Assembly: GCF_001194135.2 (NCBI RefSeq)
Contig: NC_068985.1
Span: forward strand, 79,583,819 to 79,647,818
DNA: 64,000 nt
Direction of reading: 5' to 3'
From: Octopus bimaculoides
Lineage: Eukaryota
A program made the translations under genes and the position numbers. Positions 22,900 through 36,701 of this stretch are shown one piece after another (the first letter of the stretch is position 1; every line of letters starts with the position of its first letter). The notes beneath the pieces are model-generated. The model saw only the letters and a program-made list of their open reading frames with translations, searched no databases and was not told the origin of the DNA.

Positions 22900-25314
22900 T
22901 ATTTAACTCCAAGTCATTACTTATTCAGAAGACTTATTACAAAAACAGACTTCAGCAATGACCATCCTGCCGTTTTAGGGATATCTGGAGCAGCGTTAGC
23001 TAATATTTCATATCTTTTTTAAGTAGATAGTGGCGATAATTTGAAGCGGATTTTGTTGCTATTTCTAGCAAGTTTATTGAGCTACTGGGATTTCTGTTAT
23101 CAAAATCATTATTGATAGAGGTGAATTTTCTTTCAAATTGATAATATAAACGGCTTTATAAATAGACATTGAAGATTCCACTGATTGCAGTTTAATTGCT
23201 TTTAAATATTTCTAAACTGCAACATCGCTATTATTCCACTCCCGTCGCTTTGTGGTGTTCCATACTTCCGTTTTGAAAGAGTTTAAAATGTTTTTATGTA
23301 CACATCAAATTTACTTTTGCAACGTTTATTAACCGGATTTCGAGATTTACAATAGTTTTTCTTTTTGGTTCTTCTGCGTTGTATATGGTTTACATTGATA
23401 TAGGTATTAACTTCATGATGAAATCATCTGGCTGCTTTTGATGTAGTTAAATTTAAAGAGTTGAGATACTCGTGTATGTGGTAAGAAATTTACTGTTTTA
23501 AATCCGAATAGATTAGTTGCTTATGAATAGTTAATGCTATGTCCGTTGAAGTGGGTTTTGAAGTTCATTCTTCAGATGTCTTCTACGTTATCTGTAAACG
23601 ACTTCATAGACAGCGTAATAGTTAGATTCTTTCTCGATAGGTTTTTCAATAAAATCGCTGTAAAAAATATATACTATACAATATGTACAAAAACGTACTG
23701 CTTTCATGAACAGAAATTACGTAAATTACTAATTGGAGACATAAAAAATTTTGTATTCATCTTATATTATTTATATAACGCTGCTACGCGTACAACATCA
23801 GCAAATCCACGGGACCAGAAACTATTTTAGTCCTCATCACTTTTTATTTGTACATGTATATAAGAATGGACAAAAAATAATAAGAAACTAAAAGCATAAC
23901 CAGGAGTTTCTTAACCGTAGTAAGACCTTACTTCTCTCCAATGTCATCAATATGTAAATACCATCATTTTTTAAATACATACAACGTTTAGATCAGGCTT
24001 TTTTTTTTACCTAGACAGTATCACTACCTAGATCTAACGCAACAATCGTAAATATATATTTATACAGCTCTGTCTCACCATCCAACTTGCAATTGTTGAA
24101 ATCCACTTGTCTATCCACTCGAGATTCCGCCACTAATAGTCATCTATAGAATGTCTACAAAAGTTTTTTGGTAGTTGAAAGGAAATAGATTGGTATTACT
24201 GTGAATTTTTCCAAGAGTATCTTCCACCATTAACGACACTTGAAAGATTCTTTTAGATCAAAGAGCAAACGAATTTTTCTTCCTCATTCCTATAATCTAG
24301 AAACTCAAGAAGAAATGGACTCACATGTCCTTTAATGACATGGAGCTACCTTCTATTTCATTATTTTACAATATTGTGTTTCAGTCATTAAATCAGCTAT
24401 TAATGTTTCTCATCAAGAGATCTGGGATATATTCTAACTGCCGTTTAAAAAGGGTCTTACACCAGGAAATTTTTCAGGCATCTGAAGATCCCCAGCCAAA
24501 TCAAATAAATTAGTTGAAACCAGATCCTGATTTCCCTTCCCTGTTGCCCGCATAGGACTTGAGTAGGTAGTGTCCCTTACATAATGGTAGTCCAGCAATC
24601 TATCTGTGATCCGGTTAGCAAAAGATAGGATCACGTGATCTACTTAGAATAACAATGGGATGAATCAACATCTGTTAACATATAAAATTATAAACTTTAT
24701 AGACTTCATTCAATGCTTTTTTTCTTTCTTTTGTACACATAAGCGTATACACACACACACACACATATACACACACAGACACCCACACAGACACCCACAC
24801 CCACCCACCCACACATTTCTGCGTGTATGTAAGCATCTATATGCATGCATATGTGTATATGAATATATGCGAGTGTTTGCTTGTATATATGGATGCATAT
24901 GTGTATATATTAATGTACGTGCTGACATATAGAAAGCATGATTAAAATGATAAATAAATAAATAAAATTGACAAATGAAGCGGAAATATAAACTGTATAT
25001 TCCCTTCCACACGTACATCCTTATCACGTTCGGTCTCAGTATAGAAGAAATAGATTACTTGAATTGCTGGACAGCGATTGGTTAATGTCCTTTCAAATGC
25101 TGACGAGCATAATTCTATCAAATTTCATTCATTTCCAAATAAACCACCCATATCCCTCCCACACACATGCATTTTGATAACTCTATGTACATACCTTCAT
25201 ATCAAGACATCATCCTACACACACACACCGTTCTTTGAATATTTCTGAAGCCTGAATACTGCCGGCTAGCGACATACGTATTACGATGGAGAATAAACAA
25301 CTTCAGAATAACGA

Positions 25315-25355
25315 TGAAGATGATGATGATGTTCATGAAGAAGAAAAAGAAGATA

Positions 25356-25423
<68 letters not shown>

Positions 25424-25435
25424 ACATCATCATAA
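25315..25435. repeat. (GAT)n/(CAT)n microsatellite
   Basis: Read directly. Confidence 0.95.
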
Positions 25436-26083
25436 TCTTTGTCATCGTCATCATTATTTCCTATCGTCATTTTGAAAATACTCATTATTATCCCGTCACT
25501 CGTGCCGTCGTTAACTTGTAACTTCTGTCATCATCATCATCATCATCATCGTTTATATTCATCATTTATCTCCACCGCCTCCGCCGCTACCATCACCACC
25601 ACCGCCGGCACCAGCATAATCTCTATTTCATTTACTCACGTCTTTGATTTTTCTTTTATGTTTCTGAAGAGATGCAACATGACATTCGTTTCTTGTAAAC
25701 ACTGATTCAAAGCTTCATCACTGACTCGGTCGAGTGTATAAAGAGCCGGTTACAAATTCAAACCCTATCGTTAAAAGCTTTGCTCTTTCTCTAAACAAGA
25801 TATTAGCTATCTGTGTGTGTGTGTGTGTGTGTGTGATAGGTCAGTTTGCATATTACCTGTTGTGGTTCCCATGATGATCATCTTATATTTTCTTAACTAT
25901 TCCGCTAATTACTTTATGTAATTTGTCTTTACCTCCGTTCATTATATTGTAGAGTAGTGGCTCTGGACAGGTATGCACTGATTTTCAACTTTAAATGTAA
26001 TCGATTTATTCCCCACCCACTGAGAAAAACGAAAATTGCTACCTTTGTGGCAAAATTTGAAACCATTATTACTTTGATTATTA

Positions 26084-26465
26084 CGAAATGCTTAGCGGTA
26101 TTTCGATCTTGTATATGTTCTTAGACCAAATTCCGCCGGTGTCGACTTTACCTTACATCCTTTCGGGGTCGATAAAATAAGTACCAATTAAGTACTGGGG
26201 TTGCTGTAATTGACTATTTCCTTACTCCGAAATTGCAGGCCTTGTGCCTCTAGTAGAAACAATTATTATGATTATTTCGAAATGCTTAGCGGTATTTCAT
26301 CTGCCATTACATTCTGAGATCAAATTCCGCCAAGGTCGACTTTACCTTTCATCCTTTCGGGGTCGATAAAATGAGTACCAGTTGAAAATTGGGGTTGATG
26401 TAATCGATTCATTCCCTTCCCCCAAAACTTCTGCTCTGGAGGAAATATTTGAAACCATTATTATT
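26084..26465 (+). mobile_element. two tandem SINE family A copies
   Basis: CGAAATGCTTAGCGGTATTTC...CAAATTCCGCC..GGTCGACTTTACCTT.CATCCTTTCGGGGTCGATAAA occurs twice, each copy followed by an ATT-rich tail. Confidence 0.9.
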
Positions 26466-26830
26466 ATGATTATTATTTTCCGGTTGATTTGCCTTTTGTT
26501 TCATCTTCCGAACGGGTCTCAAAACTTCCAGTCAACACAATATTTTGAGTCTCATAGATTATTGGTTTCCCAGGGATCTGATAAAAAAATTGTCACTAAC
26601 ATTCTTGATCATTCCCAGGATGCCTACAACAAAAGGGATGGTTTTGGTTTTTAATTGCCACGACTAGATATGTTAATCTCAAGGTGCTAATATTTCAACG
26701 GTTTCTCAAGTTCTTTGCTGAGATGTTTCTAACAGTAGGTACTGTCTTATCAATTAACAGGCATGATTTTTGTCTTAGGTTTTCGATGACGATTATTATT
26801 ATTATTATGATTATTATTATTATTATTATT

Positions 26831-27296
26831 GTTCAGTAGTTTTATTTTTATAACGTGCTTTCACTTCACTACCGAGTGCAGCTCTGTGCGCCTTGGGTAT
26901 GTGCTGTGGTTTGCTGTGATGCTCTTATGTTTACTGTATTGAAAGTGTTTTGCGTAGAATGTGTGCAGTACCCAGTAGTGCAATTTTCTGTATGTTATAT
27001 ATATTTGTAAGTCCTGGTGTTTTTGTTATGTATTTGTCTGAATATTTTTTTATTATACCTAAGGCACCTACTATGATAGGAATTGTTTCTGTTTTTAGAT
27101 TCCACATTCGAGTTATCTCTATTTCCAGGTCTTTGTATTTTGAAAGTTTTTCCATTTTTTTTAGAGAAACGTTGTCATCTGCTGGTATTGATACATCAAT
27201 TAGAAAGCATTTTTTGTCTTCATGATCTTTGACAACTATATCTGGTCTATTTGCCTTAATTTCTCTATCTGTGTGTATTGGCATATCCCAGAGTAT
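26831..27296 (-). mobile_element. R4/Dong-like 3' fragment (intact RLE domain plus 3' UTR)
   Basis: ORF 26931-27284 reads NRPDIVVKD..CFLIDVSIPADDNVSLKKMEKLSKYKDLEIEITRMW..PIIVGALG..IQKIALLGTAHILRKTL. A TAA tail lies at 26791-26830. Confidence 0.95.
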
Positions 27297-27300
27297 TTAT

Positions 27301-27325
27301 TATAATAATAATAATAATAATAATA

Positions 27326-27375
<50 letters not shown>
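27301..27375. repeat. (AAT)n abutting (ATT)n, forming a palindromic microsatellite
   Basis: Read directly; the centre is at 27326/27327. Confidence 0.95.
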
Positions 27376-27376
<1 letters not shown>

Positions 27377-27382
27377 AAAAGG

Positions 27383-27475
27383 CAATGAGCTAGCAGAATC
27401 GTTAGCAAACTGAACGAAATGCTTAGGGGTATTACTCCGGTCGCTCCGTTCAAATTCCGCCGAGGGCAACATCCC
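27383..27475 (+). mobile_element. SINE family A 5' fragment
   Basis: GAGCTAGCAGAATCGTTAGC...GAAATGCTTAG...TTCAAATTCCGCCGAGG. Confidence 0.8.
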
Positions 27476-27479
27476 TATG

Positions 27480-27850
27480 AAATTGTCCATGCATTCTTTT
27501 CTTTATCCACCTATTTCAGTTTCATTCATTCTCAAGTCCTTGTACAGTGCTTTATCTTTGCAATCTTCCATCCTACCCAAGCATGACCTTCTTACTTCAA
27601 ATAATAGCGATTTTGTGGCATTTTTTTCATACCATGCTAAGTTGAATTCTTTTGCTCTAATGCAGTGTTCGTATCCAATCAGTTCTCTTCCCCTTCTTTT
27701 TCTTATTACATACAGTCTGTCTGTGTCACTTTTTGGTGGAGTATCCCATATCTAGTCAGTAACTTCATTGTCTTTCTGTCTAAGCTGTTTAGTTCGTCTA
27801 CTGTCCATCGATAACCCCTGCTCCATATCTAAGGAGTGAAACCGCCCAGG
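27480..27850 (-). mobile_element. R4/Dong-like post-RT fragment
   Basis: Translation includes PKSDTDRLYVIRKRRGRELIGYEHCIRAKEFNLAWY, homologous to HPKADVDRLYLPRTQGGRGL at 55203-55427. Confidence 0.85.
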
Positions 27851-27865
27851 TTTTGATAGCTTCAT

Positions 27866-27927
27866 TCTTCTTCTTCTACTTCTTCTTTTTTTCTTCTTCT
27901 CCTTCCACTTCTTCTTCTTCTCCTTCC

Positions 27928-27958
<31 letters not shown>

Positions 27959-28054
27959 CTTCTTCTTCTTCTTCTTCTTCATCATCATCATCATCATCAT
28001 CTTCTTCTTCTTCTTCTTCTTCTTCTTCTTCTTCTTCTTCTTTTTCTTCTTCTT

Positions 28055-28127
<73 letters not shown>
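27866..28127. repeat. (CTT)n/(CAT)n/(ATT)n compound microsatellite
   Basis: Read directly. Confidence 0.97.
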
Positions 28128-28128
<1 letters not shown>

Positions 28129-28329
28129 GACGACAACGACGATTATGTTCTAGTCACAAAGATTGAGAAACCACTGTTGTAGTGTGCGATTTCAGAGCTG
28201 CTATTTCTGGGCGGCAAAAGGGTTAAGCACATTAAAAACGACACTGGGCTGTGTGTAGGCAGGGGATTGACCATATTAATATCCAAAACAAAAGAGAAAA
28301 CAAAGAAAAAAGCAGAGCTCTCCACAATC

Positions 28330-30400
28330 TTTAGATATATAACGTACCTACTAATAATATACAAAGCCCTTACATCTGCACAATACAATACATAGGTAGC
28401 GTATCTGGAGTAAAACAATATATTACCAGAAGGAATGAAAGGGTTTCGGAAATGAATGTTTGGTTGTGGAGAGTGGCCAATGGTAATCCGAAAACTTACA
28501 GAAAAAAAAGAAAGCTTGTTTTGCATGGTTTGAATTAACTATTAACATTCATTTAGTAGCATTTCATACTTATGGATATTGGAAAGCCTCATTTCTATAT
28601 GAATAAAGCAGCTTCAACTATCAAGAAATATATCAGCCATGCCATGAGAAATCGGACAACCATAATTTAATTAGAAACAAAATGGAAACAAGCAAGACCA
28701 GCCTCAAACCTATACGAGTAGGAATCTTCCACGCGTGTTAAATATCCTCTCTCTAATTCTACATTGGCCATTAAGAAACCTGTTGAACTAAACCAATATA
28801 GTATACAGAAGCCGCAGTCAGACAATAAGCTATCTCCTCTGTAAGGATGACTTGAAGATGTTTAGTAAAGTTAATACCAAACTGGAAATCTTGCTGACAA
28901 TGGAGCATAAGACACATGAATAAGTATACGATTAGATAAATACGCAGAAGCTTCTGTAAAATGTAACCACGCATAAAAATACTTGTAAGTCGAAACCGAT
29001 GAAATGCAATATGCAGAGATTGAGAAGAAAACTGAGTATTATAGAAAGAGCAAACATATATTAAAACCTGAACTCAATTCTAGAAATAAGACTGGACAAT
29101 CCATATATAAACTACAGTTTCGACATAATAAAGTGGAAATTCTGTGAATTGAAGAGCTTTTTAATGAAAAACTGGAAATTCACTTCTCCAAAACTGACAC
29201 AGGTAGATATACATATCTCGTACATAATGAAGTTGTGGACTGATAGAGGACTGATAGAGATAAAAAAAAAACTACTATAAAATAACAACAGTAGCAGAAG
29301 AAAAATATTTAGACTAAACAAAAGGGGACTGATAAATATAATAACACAAAATGAAACTTATTTCTATTTATAAAGAAATGGGAAGATACAAACAAAAAAC
29401 TAGCAACATTGAAGTAACAAATTTAGATAAGGAAAAAACAACAACTGAAAATTTACGATAACAAAATACAAAATCAAATAGGAATTCCAAAACAGATTCA
29501 AAGAAAAAAGTATAAAGTTACTGTGTGACCAATAACTCACAAAACTCGATAGAAAGGAATTAAGCTAGAGTGAAAACTGTCAATGGTTCAAAAGCTGCAG
29601 GCTAAAAGAAGAAACAGGTTTGATACTAGTTGCACATTGTCAATACCTAGCTTTGAACAAAAAGAAAATAAATGAATTGATAATATAAGATGCTAGCATT
29701 GAATGCAGGCTATGATGTAGTTAGTATAAGACAAAAACATTGTAGAAAAATGGAGTGGAAGCACCATTCAAATACTAGGGTCTTGAAATTGATATAAACA
29801 GGTTATGGGAGGGAAGAATGTGTTAAAAATTGTTAGCAAAATCAGGCAGTTGTGCCAGGCTTCTTACACACAGTCTAAAATGTAGCTGTGTTTCGTACGG
29901 CACACATCCTACTCAAGACACTTTCAACACAGTAACATATCTCAACATCACACACTTTGAACAAAACAAATTCTCTACATAATAACCTTAATAACAAGAC
30001 GGTACTATACACAATTACCATATATTCATGTTTTACAACACACACTCTTAAAGAACTGATACCTCGCATTAAACACCAAAACTGTACGCAGCTCTAACCC
30101 CTTTAATACCACACAGACCAGGTAGAGCTTTGTATACACATTAACCGTTTGGTACTGGAACACATAACTGCAAATACACAGCACATACAAAAGATCTTAA
30201 TCACCCATTCAAACAACACAACACACTGTATATAATTTACATAAAGTCAGAAACACTAAACATACATCAAAAACAAAAAGTCAAATCACACAATAAAGCA
30301 AAACTAATACAGATCTACAGCCTAAAAACACGATGAGAAGCACTTGTTCATGCAGTAAAATATCTCATGAAACTGTCACAAACGACAGCAACAACAACGG
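28330..30400 (+). mobile_element. highly degenerate R4/Dong-like element (RT to RLE plus 3' region)
   Basis: Remnants include ILPEGMKGFRK, a YMDD-equivalent (C)KDDLKMF near 28845, and the terminal FRTAHILLKTLSTQ near 29890-29935, which matches the end of the 26931 ORF. Confidence 0.75.
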
Positions 30401-30779
30401 TTTATCATTTAAGCCCGAAGGCATCAATTTTTTTTAAAAAGCAGTATTAACCAAAACCATCGACCCAGTACTTGACTGGTATTTATTTTTTCTGTACCAA
30501 CCGCAGAGGTGCAAGATCACCCTCACTACCAAGAGCTCGAGTCCATCTCCAACATTTGTTCTGTAACATATAGGTGCATGCTGAGAGAAGTTTCATTCAT
30601 TTTAATCACTTTCGTTACTGTCACACACTATTTGAGAAATTCACTGTAGGAGAGAACATTCCTTCTCCCCCTCACTTTCTTTTCCAAGTGGAACTTAGGA
30701 ATTTTGATGAGTGACCAAAGAGAAAGGTATCTGACCTCAATCTTTTCAACTACGCCTACAACACAACTTTTTTCACTAT

Positions 30780-32290
30780 AGCTAAAAGATCCAGACGGAA
30801 GAAAAGTGTGTGCGCCGATTTATTGAAAGTGGGTGATGCGGCAATCTTCATAATGGATTCAACCAATAACCAGATCCATCTTACATGCGACAACAACTGT
30901 TTGGCTTAAGACCAATATTGGGCGCCTGACATCTGGAATATCGTCAGGTATCTCAGCGCTCTCTGCTGGTCCCTTTAGCAATATAAAAGAACTTGTGATA
31001 AATAAGAACGATGACTACCTCGCTAACCTTCAGGCAAGAAAGAAGACGAACTGGCTTGTGTGTTCCGAAGAACTTTCGGATTAGGGTCCACTATGGATAA
31101 CTGCTTGGTAATGATACTAAGGAGGAGTACGATATGAAATAATTCTATAGGCTCTGAAGTATCACCGGACTGGACTCTTGAAATATGCTCAGAACGACGA
31201 AACCAAGATGCATGCACTCACCAGTGCCCAGGTATTGCTGACGTCTGGAGTTAAATATAGCAGGATGAAATCATGTGATTTTCCAGTTCCGGTGGCCATA
31301 GCAGACGATTCTCTTCTGTCAACGATACAATTTCGAGTGCTTTTATGCACCATAAGTTTTTATGAGAGATTCTCTCCAGGTAAATAATGCATTATTTTGT
31401 GTTCTAACACAACCTTCCTGCTATGTTGGAGATAAAGATTGCCATTTGGTATTAGTGCTGCTTCTGTCTCTTTGAATTATTAATTATGTTATAAAATATA
31501 TGGAACCTATTAAAAGAGCCCTACATCAATCTTAATCGAACGCAACTGCGTTTCAGTCGTGTCCATTCTGTCTGCTTTCACGTCAAGGACTATATTAGCT
31601 AACGTACCCGTCTTGTTTAAGGTGATATTGTGTGATTTGAGGGAATATTGATTACTTTTTCTCACTGATTATACGAAACTACGGAATCTTTCTTGATACT
31701 TCGTTGACATACTTTTCCTAAATGAAAGACGGAATGATAACGGACGATAAGGGTACATTTTGTTCTAATTCTGCTGCATTAGGACGACCGGTGGATAAAC
31801 AACAGCAATAACATTTCTCAACACGATCATAATAGACCACTGGACTTACTGGCTTAAAGACACTTTCCAGCGAAAAAGAGAACCCGACTGAGTGGTATAA
31901 AACCCATCATCCAGCGAAACGTCAATTTACTGATTGGCAAAAAGTCACCATTCACATAAAGGTTATTCGACTGATTGCTATAAAGTCACTCACAAATTGT
32001 TGTTGTTGCCTTTTTCTGCCACTCTGTTGCATTTTCTACAATGTCTTCTCTTCTTCAGATCTGGCTGGCCTCACGCTACTTCTCCTAAGTCACGCTCAAA
32101 TCACTCACTGCACTCAACTTACCGTTTTTCAACATCCATGTTCCATTTAACATGAACTGAAGTCCTTCACAGACTACATCGCTTAGTACTGTCTTCCCAG
32201 ATTGTCACCCCTCTGGAAATTTCTCCCTGAGTAAATCTTTTTACAATCGTTGGCTTGCACCAGCTTAAGTAGAACATATATTAACGACAC
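30780..32290 (+). mobile_element. degenerate CR1/Jockey-group LINE (RT and 3' region)
   Basis: Remnants FRRTFGLGSTMDNCL (compare GFR.GRST.D), DFPVPVAIADDSLLSTIQF (compare GVPQGS.LSP.LF) and PRLSPLWKFLP (compare PRT..LWN.LP). Confidence 0.6.
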
Positions 32291-32989
32291 CAGTCGCAGC
32301 GGTCTCGGAGAACCTACGAAGGCCGTAGGCACTGTCCCTTCCTCCAAATCTACCAAATGAATTTAAAAAGGAAACTATTGTGTCTGCAATGACAATGTGT
32401 TCAGACAATTTTATATTGTAACATATTATACATGATATATTGACAATGAAGGGACATAAACATCTAAATAGTTATGGAATAAAACTGCTATCTAAAATAG
32501 AATGAATGGATTTAGGAAGAAAGCTATGAATAATTTGGAATCATTAAATTATACTGAATATATCAGATGCAGGAACGAACGTACAGATAACGGATCTATA
32601 TAAAACGGTTAAAACTACAATAAAAATCCGAAGCTCAATATCACATTGAGTCATTTAATCGCAAGACAGTTGCAGATATGCAATTATTAAAGCTAAACTG
32701 GACATGTTTCAGAGGTCTGCTAACAATTTTATAGCAAGTCATGGAATCCTTATAGTTGCGATGCAACGTGATACGCCTTTTATAACCCGAAAATCTGGCG
32801 GAGATCGAGGCTAATAAGCGTTGAACAATGGAAGATCAGAGGAAGTAAAGAGACGTTATTGATGTTATACTCAATTTCCATTTTTCAGTTAACATCTACT
32901 CTGTGCATGAAAAGAAGGATAACAAATATTATTTTTAACATTGACACAAGGTAAATGTATCTGGAATTCTGAGATGAATTCTTTTATTC

Positions 32990-33361
32990 CTTTATTCTTT
33001 CACTTGTTCCAGGCAATTGACTGCGGCCATGCTGGAGTACTGCCTTAAAAAGTTTTTAGTCAAAGAAATCGACCAGGACTTATTCTTTGTAATCATAGTA
33101 CTTATTCTATCGGTTTGTTTTGCCTAACTGCTAGGTTACAGGGAGGTAAACACACCCACATCGGTTGTCAAGCGATGAGAGGGAGGCCAAACACAGACGC
33201 ACATACAAACATATACATATATANNNNNNNNNNNNNNNNNNNNNNNNNNNNNNNNNNNNNNNNNNNNNNNNNNNNNNNNNNNNNNNNNNNNNNNNNNNNN
33301 NNNNNNNNNNNNNNNNNNNNNNNNNNNNNNNNNNNNNNNNNNNNNNNNNNNNNNTATGCAT

Positions 33362-33416
<55 letters not shown>

Positions 33417-33582
33417 CATACGACAGTCCTCTTTCAGTTTCCATCAACGAAATCCACTGACAAGGCTTCAGTCGGCCCGTGGCTATCGTAAAAGACACTT
33501 GCCCAAGGTGCCACACAGTGGGACTGAACCAGGAACCATGTGGTTGGGAAGCAAGCTTCTTGCCACACAGCCACGCCTGCGA
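32990..33582 (-). mobile_element. tRNA-derived SINE family B, near full length, with an internal microsatellite and gap
   Basis: A tRNA-like head GCAGGCGTGGCTGTGTGGCAAGAAGCTTGC...GGTTCAGTCCCACTG, an internal (TA)/(CA) tract with N-gap 33224-33354, and the 3' part GCATGGCCGCAGTCAATTG. Confidence 0.9.
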
Positions 33583-35824
33583 CTATGGCTATCTCTATTA
33601 TATATAGGAGACCTTCATCGATCAACAGCGATACTGGCTCCGCATATGTATGCGCAGCACTGGACAAAATCTTTTGGTGGTAAACTGATAACTATCCATA
33701 CAAATAAGTTTACTCCCAGCACACCAGTAGTGATTATCCAAAGGAAAGACTGCTGACTAGCCCCCCTTGGAACCAACATCTTAGCAAGAGTTGTCGTTAG
33801 AATACATACTAATACCGCAAGGCATCCTTCCCAACTCTGTAACAGTTCCTCTAATTCTCCGCTTTGCTCTATAACTGATATATTAAGACTCCTGTACTCA
33901 TCTTGGTTGTTATAGTCACAACGTTTCGACCTCTGTACCGTTTGGTCGGTAAGTACAATAACTGAAACATATCAGTATATAATAATTTACACAAGTATGT
34001 AAACTTCTTGAGGACAGGTACAGCCAGTGTATTATACTGGACCAAGATATTACTCATACAATATTTACATGATTATCTGTCCCTAATAACGATATGCAAT
34101 ATTGGAACGTAGCGATCAGTCATTCTTCTGAATAATTCACTTACATTTCCCATATTAGAATAACACGATGAGATTTATGACAAGCCACCGAGAGTGACGC
34201 TTCGCGGTTGTACGACTTAGATATAACAACCACATCTCCTTCACATTACGTAATAGCGTATTGTTAATAAAAAAAAGGAATGGGTCAAGAATACATTCAA
34301 TATAATACATTTACCTAAAAATCAGGAAGACACAACTGGAGTAATTTTGATGAGTGTTTCTCGTAAAGAAAGATTGGAATGGAGGGCAAAAACAATTGCT
34401 GTGCATTGAGAATGTTTTAAAGCCTTTAAATAAATAGAAACAATCAATTAAATCAAATATGACGCATTACTGATCCATGTTTTATAGACTGTGGAAAACG
34501 GAAGATCATGTCTACCCCAGCAGGATATCCACTCTTGAGGATAGAAAGAGGAAACAAAAAGCATTTAGTCAAACGTTCTTGTTCGCTTGTAAAATACATT
34601 AATTGTTTTGTTACGTCAATATAATATAAGTTACTGTTGTAACCCAGGTGGCCGACAATAAAGCGGTATTTATTGCTGGCTCTCTCTCTCTCTCTTTCTG
34701 CCTTTCTTCGGCTGTCAGTCTGTCTCTGTCTCTGTCTGTCTCTCTCACATACATAAATACACACACACAAGCACACAAACAAGGACACATATCTACGGAC
34801 GTTTGTTTCCACGTGTACACACATACACACGCACACTCACACACACACACACACACACAGACATATAATAAATGAGTATATGCATATGTACGTACATGTA
34901 TGTACATACCTACATCTACATGTATATATAGATGCATATCTGGGTACAGGACATTGCAAAAGAACGTGGACAAAATGATAGAGTACAGAAAACACACAGG
35001 CCACACACACACACACGCTCACACACACACNNNNNNNNNNNNNNNNNNNNNNNNNNNNNNNNNNNNNNNNNNNNNNNNNNNNNNNNNNNNNNNNNNNNNN
35101 NNNNNNNNNNNNNNNNNNNNNNNNNNNNNNNNNNNNNNNNNNNNNNNNNNNNNNNNNNNNNNNNNNNNNNNNNNNNNNNNNNNNNNNNNNNNNNNNNNNN
35201 NNNNNNNNNNNNNNNNNNNNNNNNNNNNNNNNNNNNNNNNNNNNNNNNNNNNNNNNNNNNNNNNNNNNNNNNNNNNNNNNNNNNNNNNNNNNNNNNNNNN
35301 NNNNNNNNNNNNNNNNNNNNNNNNNNNNNNNNNNNNNNNNNNNNNNNNNNNNNNNNNNNNNNNNNNNNNNNNNNNNNNNNNNNNNNNNNNNNNNNNNNNN
35401 NNNNNNNNNTATACATCTACACATGTGTATACATATACATGTATGCATATAGATCTATATCTATATATATATATATATATATATATGGATATACGTGTAC
35501 ATATACATGTATATGTATACATATACATCTCTTTCTCTCTCTTTCTCTCTTTCTCTCTTTCTGAAAGTATCAGTCATTACAGTATAGAAATGTGATTGTT
35601 TCAGTTAGTGGAATAACGTGTACATATACATCTATATGTATACATATACATCTATCACTCTCTCTCTTTGTCTCTTTCTCGCTCTCTCTGAAAGTATCTG
35701 TCATTACAGTATCGAAATGTGATTGTTTCAGTTAGTAGAATAGTTTCATTTTTAAAGTGAAAGTATTTGACATGAGTGTTTTTGTTTCACTTTTGACACG
35801 TAATACTTGAATAGTGGAGGAGAT

Positions 35825-35961
35825 ATCATGTTGCCGTGGGCTCGAACTCAGCAAGAAGTTAAAAATTTTTTTGACTAAAACACAACTGGAACCCTAAGGC
35901 ATCTGTAAAATTTGAATGAAATTGGTTGCGTAGTTCTCAAGTTTTAGGGATTCACACAGAT

Positions 35962-36018
<57 letters not shown>

Positions 36019-36040
36019 TTCTCATTTTTATATATATAGA
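35825..36040 (-). mobile_element. Helitron-like non-autonomous element, 5' end
   Basis: The minus strand begins A|TCTATATATATAAAAATGAGAATGTCTGTCTG with a (CTGT)n tract, a typical Helitron 5' TC terminus after a host A. Confidence 0.7.
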
Positions 36041-36042
36041 TA

Positions 36043-36701
36043 CAAGGTGCGGTGAATAAATTGTCGTCTAAGTTACACTTACATCTCATTTTAAGAGATA
36101 TATTTACCAAAATTACATAAAAATATCTTCAAATACTAAAGAGAAAATTCATTCAATAAAATCGCCATTGACTTCAACAACGGCCTCCAGACAACTTCGG
36201 AACCTCCTGCAACTCTTCTGGATGGTCTCCTTGTTTATATTGATGAATGCTGCCATAATCCTTGTCTTCAGTTCATCTTTGGTGTTACAAGGAGTTTTGT
36301 TGGTGTCTCACTCAACTGCGCCCCACATATAATATTCAAGGGGGTTGCAGTCTGGAGAGTTAGATGACCAGTTGTTAGGGGTCGCAGAAATTGTCTGACA
36401 GCCATGATTGGGTTCTCCTACTTGTGTGGTATAGTGCAGAGTCCTGTTGCCAGACATAGAGTCTTCCAGCAGCCACCCTCGTCACTCCTCCCCCAGGAAC
36501 TTGATGAAGGCCTTCTTGTTGAGTGTGAGGCCGTTGTGAAGATGAATGGAGGCATAATGTCGCTATCACTAGTGATCATTCCAAACACCATGATGTTGAC
36601 TGGGTATTTGATTTTTATCGATACATGTTTAACCGGTACATATTTTGGGGACACGGCAAGCCAACGGTTGTTCTGTGTGTTCACTATCTAATCCTGGCAA
36701 A
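36043..36701 (-). mobile_element. Tc1/mariner (maT/DD37D-like) 3' half
   Basis: TA|CAAGGTGCGGTGAATAAATTG terminus; peptides NTQNNRWLA..VMVFGMITSD..MPPFIF, YVWQQDSA and SNSPDCNPLEYYMWGAVE. Confidence 0.9.

Noticed and set aside
32560-32870. RTE-like C-terminal fragment (KLNW...)
   Set aside because: Too decayed to assign with confidence.
33920-33960. Hammerhead on the minus strand (GACC...GGTC-GAAACGTT)
   Set aside because: Stem II and GAAAC are present, but there is no recognisable CUGANGA; at most a dead remnant.
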